Below, one piece after another: positions 18,324 through 27,155 of a stretch of DNA of 35,897 nt. A program made the translations under genes and the position numbers. The first letter of the stretch is position 1. Every line of letters starts with the position of its first letter. This DNA comes from an uncultured Alphaproteobacteria bacterium (GTDB lineage: Bacteria; Pseudomonadota; Alphaproteobacteria; UBA7985; CAJQQZ01): the NCBI GenBank assembly GCA_905480445.1, contig CAJQQJ010000413.1:1-35897 (forward strand). Reading direction: 5' to 3'. The notes under the pieces are model-generated. The model was not told the origin of the DNA. It saw nothing but the letters and a program-made list of their open reading frames with translations, and did no database searches.

Positions 18324-19754
18324 ATTTGGTCTCTTCTCAGTGCCATTGTACCAGCCGCCAACTGCTGCTTCATAAGCGCGGCCAAAGGCTATGCAGCGTT
18401 CATCATGGAAAGGTTTGGCAACAACTTGAACACCAAGAGGCATACCATTATCTGCGAAGCCCGATGGCACCGACAACACCGGACAACGGCTCAACATATT
18501 GAACTGCGCGGTTAAAAAACCGCTCAATGCTGCCATCTCGGCTGGTTGTCCATTGCGGGTATAGGGAATAGGCTCATAGGCTGTATGAGCCTCTGGTCCA
18601 ACCACGGCCATTCCTGGACAAAGAAAGACGTCGTTGGCCTCCAGATAAGGACCCAATGTCAAATACATCTCGTAAGCTGACTCATTCGCTTTGATCAGAT
18701 CCTCTGACGTCGAGGCCGCTGCTCCCTTAGCGTAATCGATCGTATAGTCACAAAGAAGGTCGCCGTGCTCTTCATATTCCCTGAGAAGAGTGCGCCCCCA
18801 AACATGGCTGAGATAGAGCTCTGACAAGGCACAGGAGTTTTGTGGCCAACCCAATTTTGCCTCAGTCAATTCCACGCCTTGGTCTGCTAGGAAGTCCAAA
18901 GTCTTCTGGAAATTGGCAACCACCTGATCATCGACTTCGCCAGTCTCTAGATCAAATGAGTAAGCCGCTTTCATGCCTTTGAGCGACGCTGGGCTTTCAG
19001 TATCCAAAACAACTTTTTCTCTAACGGATGCGATATCACTTAAGTCCTGACCAGACGTGATGTTCTGCATCAAAGCCAGATCATTCACTGTCCGCGCCAT
19101 CGGCCCCGTATGGCTATAGTAATCTAGATTGAAGACCGCAATTTCGGGGTTGCGACCGTAAGGGGCTTTGAACCCAGTCACACCACAACAGGCCGCCGGA
19201 ATGCGAATAGAGCCACCAATGTCAGTACCTGTTGCCAGCGTCGTACCACCTGCGGCCAGTAAGGCCCCTGAGCCACCTGAAGAACCGCCAGTTGTCATTT
19301 GCGGGTTCCAAGGGTTGCGTGACGTTCCCCATAGCTTAGACGTTGTGGTGCCCAGCAAACAAAATTCAGGCGTCGTCGTTTTGCAGTGTGGGATAGCACC
19401 AGCATCAATTAACCGCTGAAGGTAGACAACCGTGAAATCGTCAACCCGATCTTTGTAAGCAAGCGAAGCTTGAGAACGGCCTGTTCCAGCCAACGGCAGT
19501 TCCTCTTTCACCGCCAATGGCAAGCCCTCGAGAGCACGAGGGGCTTCCCCTTTACCCATGTAGCGATCTTCTGCTTCTTGCGCCGTCTTCATTGCGCTTT
19601 CTTCCATGAATTCGGTAACGCAGTTAACCGCATCATGGGCTTTATGAGCTTGTTCCAGAATGGCCTTCATGAAGGCGACGGGAGAGAGCTCACGGGCATG
19701 AAAAAGCTTCAACACTTCTTCACCACTGAGATAAACGAGATCCTGATCAGTCAT
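18315..19754 (-). CDS. Amidase (amidase-signature family)
   Basis: 479 aa with the GGSSGGSGA signature, GTDIGGSIRIPA and a PLAVKEE catalytic Lys region. Confidence 0.9.
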   Translation of the reverse strand: MTDQDLVYLSGEEVLKLFHARELSPVAFMKAILEQAHKAHDAVNCVTEFMEESAMKTAQEAEDRYMGKGEAPRALEGLPLAVKEELPLAGTGRSQASLAYKDRVDDFTVVYLQRLIDAGAIPHCKTTTPEFCLLGTTTSKLWGTSRNPWNPQMTTGGSSGGSGALLAAGGTTLATGTDIGGSIRIPAACCGVTGFKAPYGRNPEIAVFNLDYYSHTGPMARTVNDLALMQNITSGQDLSDIASVREKVVLDTESPASLKGMKAAYSFDLETGEVDDQVVANFQKTLDFLADQGVELTEAKLGWPQNSCALSELYLSHVWGRTLLREYEEHGDLLCDYTIDYAKGAAASTSEDLIKANESAYEMYLTLGPYLEANDVFLCPGMAVVGPEAHTAYEPIPYTRNGQPAEMAALSGFLTAQFNMLSRCPVLSVPSGFADNGMPLGVQVVAKPFHDERCIAFGRAYEAAVGGWYNGTEKRPNLA

Positions 19755-19831
19755 TAGAAAACTCCCTGTCTTTTACGTTAAGCTAGCCTTCTTCCCTCCA
19801 GTCGTCGAGCAGGAACTTCAGCATCTCATGT

Positions 19832-20284
19832 TCAATTATAAAGACCGTTCAACTTAACCAAGTTCTGAGTTGTAAGTTCTTCTTCACTGATGCCTAGATC
19901 GTAAGCAGGAGATAAAATCATCTCTGCTTTGCTGACGTCAATTCGAACGAAGGAGGCCATGTGAGGAATGTAGATACCCCAGGGCTTTTCGAAAGCATCC
20001 AGCAGGCTTTGGTCAGCCTGAGGCTTTGATACATTTGAACCTTTGCCAGTTACGCGGACAGCCTTCCTTGTCACGACGTCAATAAAACAAACCTCAATGT
20101 TTGAACGATCTCTCAAATTGGCGAGCGTACCAGGCGAGCGCAGGTTACCAAAAGCCAGCGTCTGATCATCAACAATCACAAATGTTGCCTTGGGCGAGAC
20201 CGAAGGTGATCCATCCTTGTTAACTGTTGCAACCATACCAGCGGGATGATTGGTGATCAGCGCTTTCATTTCTTCCGTTAGCAT
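19832..20284 (-). CDS. Pyridoxamine 5'-phosphate oxidase-like FMN-binding split-barrel protein
   Basis: 150 aa. The pattern MVATVNKDGSPSVSPKATFVIVDDQTLAFGNLRSPGTLANL is typical of the PNPOx-like family. It lies 77 bp upstream of the amidase on the same strand. Confidence 0.72.
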   Translation of the reverse strand: MLTEEMKALITNHPAGMVATVNKDGSPSVSPKATFVIVDDQTLAFGNLRSPGTLANLRDRSNIEVCFIDVVTRKAVRVTGKGSNVSKPQADQSLLDAFEKPWGIYIPHMASFVRIDVSKAEMILSPAYDLGISEEELTTQNLVKLNGLYN

Positions 20285-20492
20285 TGGAGTTTCCTTTTAA
20301 TAAATCTAACCAAGAGCTTAGATGGAAAACAAAGGATTGGAAGACCATGCCAAGGTAAAAACAACAGACCAATCCTGCCTTAATTTACAGTTGAGCCACA
20401 AATCAAATTTTCTCCCTATTTTTGCCATTTTTGGAATTCAAGCCTACCTCTAGTCGAAAGACAGTAATAAACAGCAACAATGCGGGTCGGCT

Positions 20493-22451
20493 GTGATTAA
20501 ATTGAAAAGCCTAGTTCTTACTCGTTTCTATTTCATACTTTTGGTTTTTGGTGAATTTGGTCTATTCAACTCCTTCGATATTAATCCAGCAACGGCTCAA
20601 TCTTCGAACGCTTCCGTTCCACTCATTCCAATTCGGGATCTCTTCGCGGACCGACATTACGTCGGCGATTTCACACTTTCTGAGAAAGGCACCTGGCTAA
20701 CTTGGCGAGGGGTGGAAGGTATCCAATCCGTTATCAAATTCAGACGACTATCGGGTGGAGGAACTTTTACCATCAAACAAAAGAACCGAAGCTACTTCTT
20801 AGATGACGATCTAGAAAAACTCTTTCTGTTATCTGAGAAAGAAATGGGGATCATTGATTTGAGGTACCCAAACCGCAAACCTTACACCTTCAAACCAAAA
20901 GAAAAGAATTGGAATTTCGCGGGTTGGCCAAGCGCAAAGGATCCTCACTGGCATATTGAAAACAACGATGTGTCTGAAGCTGCACCTGATCTGGTGAGGT
21001 ACGATATTGCCGGAAAAAACCGCCAGATCGTCGCGAAAAACGATGGTAGGACATTTGGGTGGAGTTTCACAGAAGAAGGGGCAATGTCAACGCGCCGTAG
21101 AAGCCTAGAGAACGGCGCTCGGACTCTTGAAGTTCCAACAACCACGGGATGGTGGAAAGTACTAACCATTGGCAAGTATGATCGTTTTTCGGTCCAGAAT
21201 GCGCCTCGACCTGGACAAACAATCTGGGCTCTGTCGGATCGCGGCAGAGATAAATTGGCAGTGGTTAAAATTGATCCTAGGACTGGTCAAGAGACCCTTT
21301 TCTATTCCCATCCTGATGTCGACGTTGAGGGCATATCCTTCGATCACCAGACCCAGCAGCCTCTATTTGCAACAATTTCCCTGCCCTACCCCAAAACCAT
21401 TCCCTTTGATGAACGTATCCAGCGATTGCTAAACCTCTTTCAACCAAAAGATCGTGATTTCTTCTCGATTCAATCGATGGACCAGAATTTGAATCGTTTT
21501 ATTGTCTCCTTCTCCAGAGGCAAGATCGTACCAAAAACCTACGCCGTAGACTTACCAACTAATCAAGTCAGCCATTTGAGTTCGCCCTATCTCAGTCGGC
21601 ACGAAGCTGCCTTGTCTGAAACTTGGCCTCTTACTTTTAATGCGCGAGACGGTATGCGGATTCCAGCCTTCATAACGCTGCCACGAGGGGCAAACAACCG
21701 GCAGTTGCCAATGCTCGTCTTTGTCCACGGTGGACCTGCTGGACATGATACTTGGTACACTAACAGTGCAACACAGTTCTTGGCTAATCGAGGCTATGCT
21801 GTGCTCCGGGTGAACTTTCGTGGTTCTACTGGTTATGGGCGGGCGTTTCAACATGCCGGCTTCGGTGAAATGGGCCGCAAGATTCAACAAGACGTTTACG
21901 ATGCAACTGACTGGGCTATCAACCAAGGCATAGCGGATCCAAACCGTATAGCAATCATTGGGCCCAGTCATGGCGGTTATTCGGCACTGATGGGAGCTTG
22001 GCAAAGCGGAGGGCGTTACAAAGCCGCCGTCAGTTTTGCAGGTGTTTCAGATATGGAAAGGCAGACTATGGAAGTTCCCAAATTTTGGGAACTAGCTTCT
22101 CATGCCTGGTATCGCTATTCAGGAGATCCCAAAGATCCTAGGGTTCGTCAGAACCTCAAAGCAATCTCCCCAATTAATCACGCAGAAAAATTCAATGTTC
22201 CAGTATTGCTTATACATGGAACCAAAGACAGGATTGTCGTTCCTGAAGATTCTTACCACATGGAAAAAGCCCTAAGGCTTGCCAGCAAGCAAGTGACATC
22301 GCTTTATCTGAAGGGTGAAGAACATGGCGCTGTCAAATGGCAATCCAGGATTAAGATGTGGCGCAAAATCGAGAAGTTTTTGGCCAAACACATCGGCGGT
22401 CGAAATGGTGGGTTCGATTACACAGAGATAGGCGCCGCCTTCCTGCGTTAG
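20493..22451 (+). CDS. S9 family serine peptidase (prolyl oligopeptidase/dipeptidyl aminopeptidase-like)
   Basis: 652 aa with a GTG start and a hydrophobic N-terminus. It has a beta-propeller-like N-terminal half and a C-terminal catalytic domain with GPSHGGY (Ser), HGTKDRIV (Asp) and EEHG (His). Confidence 0.87.
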   Translation: MIKLKSLVLTRFYFILLVFGEFGLFNSFDINPATAQSSNASVPLIPIRDLFADRHYVGDFTLSEKGTWLTWRGVEGIQSVIKFRRLSGGGTFTIKQKNRSYFLDDDLEKLFLLSEKEMGIIDLRYPNRKPYTFKPKEKNWNFAGWPSAKDPHWHIENNDVSEAAPDLVRYDIAGKNRQIVAKNDGRTFGWSFTEEGAMSTRRRSLENGARTLEVPTTTGWWKVLTIGKYDRFSVQNAPRPGQTIWALSDRGRDKLAVVKIDPRTGQETLFYSHPDVDVEGISFDHQTQQPLFATISLPYPKTIPFDERIQRLLNLFQPKDRDFFSIQSMDQNLNRFIVSFSRGKIVPKTYAVDLPTNQVSHLSSPYLSRHEAALSETWPLTFNARDGMRIPAFITLPRGANNRQLPMLVFVHGGPAGHDTWYTNSATQFLANRGYAVLRVNFRGSTGYGRAFQHAGFGEMGRKIQQDVYDATDWAINQGIADPNRIAIIGPSHGGYSALMGAWQSGGRYKAAVSFAGVSDMERQTMEVPKFWELASHAWYRYSGDPKDPRVRQNLKAISPINHAEKFNVPVLLIHGTKDRIVVPEDSYHMEKALRLASKQVTSLYLKGEEHGAVKWQSRIKMWRKIEKFLAKHIGGRNGGFDYTEIGAAFLR

Positions 22452-22453
22452 CC

Positions 22454-23650
22454 TTAACCAGCAAAAGAACCGCGGCAGAAGTCTGCGAAAGCCTGCGCTT
22501 CTGGTGACAGTTGAACCCCTGCCTTTTTCGCAAGCACTACCTTGCTCTGGGCAAGTACGTCGGTCAGGGGACGGGCTGCAAGCGCTTTGCCGTCATAGGT
22601 CATACCGGAAGCTGGCTTCGTCGCCAGCAACGAATAGCCAAGACCGTGACCTACCATGCCCCGAACCATCTCAAATGATGCGGAAGTGTGAGCAACCTTG
22701 GGCTGCCACTCAACCTGATCAAAGAGCGATAGAAAATAATCCTTGCTGGGTGGACTGTCGAGTAGGACCATAGGCTCGTCTTCGAGGTCAGCAATAGACA
22801 GTTCTAATTTTTTGGTGAGCGGATGACCCTCCGCCAACAGCACGTAAGGCTCAATGGCTGTTAGATTCTCCGTCTCCAACTGGTCGTCCAAATTAACATC
22901 GTAGAGCAATCCCACTTCTGCATCGCCAGACAACAAACCGCCGATAATAGTCCGTTGATCCCCTTCCATCAGTTTAATATCTATCGACCTTTCTTGTCTT
23001 GCAAGTTTCGCCAACAAAGCAGGCACCAAAAACGGGCCAAAAGTGTGAAAACATCCCACTGTCACAGTGTGTGAAGGTTGACTGTTTTCAGAAGGGGTTG
23101 AGGCAATTGTGTCGATTCGGTTGGCTGCACCATAAGCGCGATTGGCGAAGATCAATGGCGATCCCTGCTCAGCTTTGAAGGTTTCCTCCACTTCACCGAT
23201 GAAGATATGGTGCGTGCCAATTCGGTCAGAAGAAGTGACCTTACAGTCAAAAGCAACGAGCGGATCGATGATCCTTGGCGAACCAGTGGACATGGCGGCC
23301 CAATCGGCACAGGAAAATTTGTCACCATCATCGGTAGGACGACGGCCCGCGAATGTATCTGAAATGTGAGACTGTTGATCGCTCAAGACGTTAACGCAAA
23401 AAACACCATTGTTAACAATTTTTTCTGCCGCCGGACTTAAGTGATGAACGCAAACCAAAAGCGATGGCTTAGGGGTATCGGGAGAGACAGATGACATGGC
23501 AGAGACAGTCACTCCCGCGCGGCCTTCAGGACCATCGGTGGTGATAATGTTCACCGTTGAGGCAACGTGGCTCATGCCTTCAAGGAAGCTCTGCCTTAGC
23601 GCCGGATCTGTCACCTCATTCATCTCAATACGTCCCAAAGTCTGTTTCAT
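22454..23650 (-). CDS. Fusion protein: flavin reductase-like domain (N-terminal) plus LysR-type effector-binding domain (C-terminal), with no HTH
   Basis: 398 aa. Residues ~20-175 carry flavin-reductase motifs (VNIITTDGPEGRAGVTVSAMSSVS, LLVCV, FCVNVL, GTHHIFIGEVEE). Residues ~195-398 carry LysR substrate-domain motifs (VTVGCFHTFGPFLVPALLAKL, IDIKLMEGDQ, EPYVLLAEGHPL, EPMVLLDSPPSKDYF, SFEMVRGMVGHGLGYSLL). The start could instead be M10 at 23623. Confidence 0.8.
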   Translation of the reverse strand: MKQTLGRIEMNEVTDPALRQSFLEGMSHVASTVNIITTDGPEGRAGVTVSAMSSVSPDTPKPSLLVCVHHLSPAAEKIVNNGVFCVNVLSDQQSHISDTFAGRRPTDDGDKFSCADWAAMSTGSPRIIDPLVAFDCKVTSSDRIGTHHIFIGEVEETFKAEQGSPLIFANRAYGAANRIDTIASTPSENSQPSHTVTVGCFHTFGPFLVPALLAKLARQERSIDIKLMEGDQRTIIGGLLSGDAEVGLLYDVNLDDQLETENLTAIEPYVLLAEGHPLTKKLELSIADLEDEPMVLLDSPPSKDYFLSLFDQVEWQPKVAHTSASFEMVRGMVGHGLGYSLLATKPASGMTYDGKALAARPLTDVLAQSKVVLAKKAGVQLSPEAQAFADFCRGSFAG

Positions 23651-23741
23651 GTAGAGCTATGATGCCGTCTTTTTCAGCTTCTGAAAAGAAGAAATAGAAA
23701 AGCTGACGCATCAGAAAAACAAAAGCAATTGACCTCTTGAG

Positions 23742-25781
23742 TCACAAAACTCGACAAAGACGATTGGCATCCAGCATGGCAGCGTGTAAATCTCTAGAAG
23801 CTAAGGCATCGCCGATGCGGAAAAGCTGATAGGTTCCTTGCAAGTTTTCGCCGACTGGTTGTGGCTCTATTTCTAGCAAGGCTTCAATGTCAATTTCACC
23901 AAGGTTGGAAGAGCCTTGTTTGAGCTCATGGAAAGGTCCATCTGCCGGTAAGGTACAGCGGTCAACAATGATCTGCGGCACTCTTTGTTCTTTTTCTTCT
24001 CTTGAAAAATCATTCCACAACTTCGCCACAACTTCGTTGCCTTCTCGCCGCGCCGCAACAAGGCGGCTGTTAGGTGTGATAGTCACCCCTTGGCGATAGA
24101 GATTGCGCAAGTAGATCGGCAGATTGATGGAACCCAAAGCTTGCCCCGCACGATAGTCGGGTGTCATGAAGTCAACTTTGACACCCTGAGAAGACAGCAA
24201 ATCTGCTGTCGACAGTGCACCATGGCTGCCAGTCTCATCGTAAACCATCACATGATCAGCTGGTTGAACCGCACCTGATAAAATATCCCAGGTCGTGACG
24301 AGTGGTGGTGCTTCATCATCCGGCAAAGTGACGTCAGGCACGCCGCCAGTAGCGACAACGACAATATCCGGCGATTGCAAATGAACGTCGTTGCCGTCAA
24401 CCCAAGAGTTCAAATGGACTGCGATCCCCAAGCGATCCAACTCTCCTGCCAACCAATCCGCAATGCCGATCATGTCTTTGCGCCAACCGCCTTTGGCTGC
24501 CAAAATCAACTGACCCCCTAATTTCGCGTTGGCCTCATGAAGTGATACTTCATGCCCACGAGAAGCCAACACACGGGCTGCTTCCATACCAGCGGGACCA
24601 CCGCCGATGACAACAGCTTTTTTCCTCTGATCAGACAGCGGAATGTCATGGGGAAGCTTGCTCTCCCGGCCCGTGGAAACGTTGTGTGCACAAAAGGCGT
24701 CTCGGCCCCAATAGATGCGATCGATGCAATAGGCGGCACCGACACAGGGTCGGATAGTTTCCTCTTTGCCCTGTTCAATTTTTTGAACCAAGTGAGGATC
24801 CGCCATATGAGCGCGTGTCAGTCCAGCAAGATCAACACAGCCTTCCGCGACAGCCCAATCCGCCGTTGCAGGGTCATTCAGCCGAGAGGCCTGAAGCGTC
24901 GGCAAACCCGAAGCCAGCTTCACTCTTTTTGCGAGCTCAATATAGGGTGCGGCTTTGAAAGCCATGCCGGGATAGTTTTCCGCTAGACCATGATCAGATC
25001 CGCCATAGACACCGTTGACATTAAGAAAATCTGCAACGCCGTGCGCACCCAGAATACGGCCCAGTTCAACGCCCTCTTCGGACGGCATACCTTTTTCGTT
25101 GGATTCATCAGCGGCGAACCGGACGCCAACGATAAAGTTATCACCGACCCTTTCCCGGCAAGCCTCCAAGGTTTCCATCAGGAATCTGGCTCGGTTATCA
25201 AGGTTGCCGCCATAGGCGTCTTTGCGCTGATTTGAGAGGGGCGTCAGGAACTGACCAAGCAAATGCGTGGTTGCCAACAACTCGCAACCGTCCAGACCGC
25301 CTTCTTTGCATCGAAAGGCGGCCTGAGCGAAAGCTTCAACAATCCGCCTGATATCATGTGTCGACATCTCGAACGGCACCGAGTGATGGGCTGGGTCACG
25401 GATGATAGAAGGTCCCATTGTCGGCATCCAATCCCCTGAGTCCCAGGACATGCGCTTTCCCATATGGGTCAGCTGGCACATCAAGGCCGTATCATGCGCG
25501 TGGATACGATCTGCAAACTGTCGAAAGAAAGGAACCACCCGGTCAGAACCAACGTAGATCTGGCCATACATAGACCCTGAGTCACGACTGACGTTTGAAG
25601 AACCGCCAAAAATAGTCAGGCCAAGACCACCTTTTGCTTTTTCCTCATGATAAGCTTGGTAGCGTTCACCAGGCATGCCAGCATCCGAATAGCCCGGCGC
25701 ATGACCAGATGAAAACACACGATTCTTGATCGTGACGTTCTTGATTTTCAACGGTGAGAAAAGGGCTGGGTATCGGCTCAT
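23742..25781 (-). CDS. NADH:flavin oxidoreductase, OYE-type TIM barrel fused to an FAD/NAD(P)-binding domain (DgcA/StcD N-methyl-amino-acid demethylase-like)
   Basis: 679 aa. The N-terminal pattern (KNRVFSSGHAPGYSDAGMPGERYQAYHEEKAKGG, QLTHMGKR, GGLDGCEL) resembles the DgcA/N-methylproline demethylase/2,4-dienoyl-CoA reductase group. A Cys-containing linker (C-x5-C-x11-C) is followed by GxGxxG (VIGGGPAGMEAARVLA). AAGAGGA lies upstream of the ATG. Confidence 0.88.
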   Translation of the reverse strand: MSRYPALFSPLKIKNVTIKNRVFSSGHAPGYSDAGMPGERYQAYHEEKAKGGLGLTIFGGSSNVSRDSGSMYGQIYVGSDRVVPFFRQFADRIHAHDTALMCQLTHMGKRMSWDSGDWMPTMGPSIIRDPAHHSVPFEMSTHDIRRIVEAFAQAAFRCKEGGLDGCELLATTHLLGQFLTPLSNQRKDAYGGNLDNRARFLMETLEACRERVGDNFIVGVRFAADESNEKGMPSEEGVELGRILGAHGVADFLNVNGVYGGSDHGLAENYPGMAFKAAPYIELAKRVKLASGLPTLQASRLNDPATADWAVAEGCVDLAGLTRAHMADPHLVQKIEQGKEETIRPCVGAAYCIDRIYWGRDAFCAHNVSTGRESKLPHDIPLSDQRKKAVVIGGGPAGMEAARVLASRGHEVSLHEANAKLGGQLILAAKGGWRKDMIGIADWLAGELDRLGIAVHLNSWVDGNDVHLQSPDIVVVATGGVPDVTLPDDEAPPLVTTWDILSGAVQPADHVMVYDETGSHGALSTADLLSSQGVKVDFMTPDYRAGQALGSINLPIYLRNLYRQGVTITPNSRLVAARREGNEVVAKLWNDFSREEKEQRVPQIIVDRCTLPADGPFHELKQGSSNLGEIDIEALLEIEPQPVGENLQGTYQLFRIGDALASRDLHAAMLDANRLCRVL

Positions 25782-25834
25782 GGTTTTATCCTCTTGCCCA
25801 CAAGCCTAATCCCAGATCGCTTTTGTTGCTATGC

Positions 25835-27088
25835 CTAAAAACGACGGGCTTTTAATGCGGTTAAATCGTGGTCGCTTTTCCCTTTAACAATAAGGTCAGC
25901 CAGTACCTTGCCAACGCCTGGCCCCATGCCAAATCCGTTGCCATGAAACCCAGCCGCGACGAACAATCCAGGCACTTTCTCCAGTTCATCAATCACCGGC
26001 AATTCATCCGGCATGTAATCAATGTAACCAGCCCAGGCGCGTTTTATCTTTAAAGGCCTGGCAGAGGGATACTCGCCCGCATAGGCCGCTACGGCCTTGG
26101 CCAAACCTTCCATGTCTGGTTTTGGGTCAAGCGTGCGATGCCTCGTGAAAGACGAGAACTAGCCTTTCAAATCTTGCAACAACGGCTTACCCGCGGAAAA
26201 CCGCAATAGGTCTTTGTTTTGCCAAGCCAGCTTAATGAATGAGGCACCATGGCGAAGGCTATCCAACATCAAATCATGGTAACCATCTTCATTGGCGGCC
26301 AAGGTTAAAGAACCATCGGGCCTTTGACGGTGAGCCGCTTTGCCCCAGGCGACCAGCTTACGCATTTCAATGCCGGCAGGTTCTGTCTGTGCCGCTGTTC
26401 CCTTAATCCACAGCGATGGATGGCGATGGCCAAGTGGCTTTAAAAGCCGTGACGTCCAAACGCCAGAAGAACAAAGCACCACATCTGCAGCCACGAAGCC
26501 TTTCTCTGTGTAAACACCACTGGCGCGGCCATTTTTGGTTTCAATCGCTGTCACTGCACAGTGGTCATTAACTTGTGCGCCTAACCTTGCAGCGGCTGCA
26601 GCAAAGGCTGGTGCTACTTTTTCAGGTTCTGCACAGCCATCTGTCGACGTAAAGACAGCGCCCTTGCACGCCTCCCAGTTAAAATGTGGTAGCAAGTCGC
26701 CCACCTGCTTTGGTGTTAAAACACTTGTGTCTAGTCCGTGGTCCCGTGCGGTAGGCAACCAATCCTCACCCCAGCTAAGAGTTTTGTCATCATAGGCCAC
26801 ACGCATGAGGCCTTGTTGCTGCCAATCGAGATCAGCTTCCAGTTCCCGCTCCAGACATTGCCAGATCCGGTTGCTTTCTATCATGATAGGAAGTTCGGCA
26901 GGCTCTCGTCGTTGCTGACGGACAGCGCCCCAATTGCGCGAGGATTGCTCTCCAGCAACACGCCCCTTATCAAAGAGCGCCACAGAGATCCCAGCCTTTG
27001 ACAGAAAGTAAGCTGTAGCCGTGCCAATGATACCGGCTCCAACGATGGCTACTTCAACAATAGAGCCGTCCTTAAAAGATTGTGCCAC
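25835..27088 (-). pseudogene. DAO-family FAD-dependent oxidoreductase (sarcosine/opine oxidase beta-like) interrupted by a single in-frame TAG at 26159-26161
   Basis: The two tracked ORFs (26159..27088, 309 aa, and 25835..26113, 92 aa) are in the same frame. Translating across the gap gives ...LLQDLKG * FSSFTRHRTLDPKPDMEGLAKAV.... The N-terminal part has VAIVGAGIIGTATAYFL and GEQSSRNWG. The C-terminal part has the conserved DAO tail (WAGYIDYMPDELPVID, AAGFHGNGFGMGPGVG). Confidence 0.75.
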
Positions 27089-27099
27089 CGCGATAGAAC

Positions 27100-27155
27100 T
27101 CCAAAAATCCGATCTTCTGGTGGCACAAAATCAGTCGTTTTTAAATCCAAAAATC
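27100..27155. repeat. 10-bp direct repeat TCCAAAAATC x2 in the permease/DAO intergenic spacer
   Basis: The copies lie at 27100-27109 and 27146-27155, and the second overlaps the permease TGA stop at 27154-27156. On the minus (coding) strand the repeat reads GATTTTTGGA. Confidence 0.5.
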
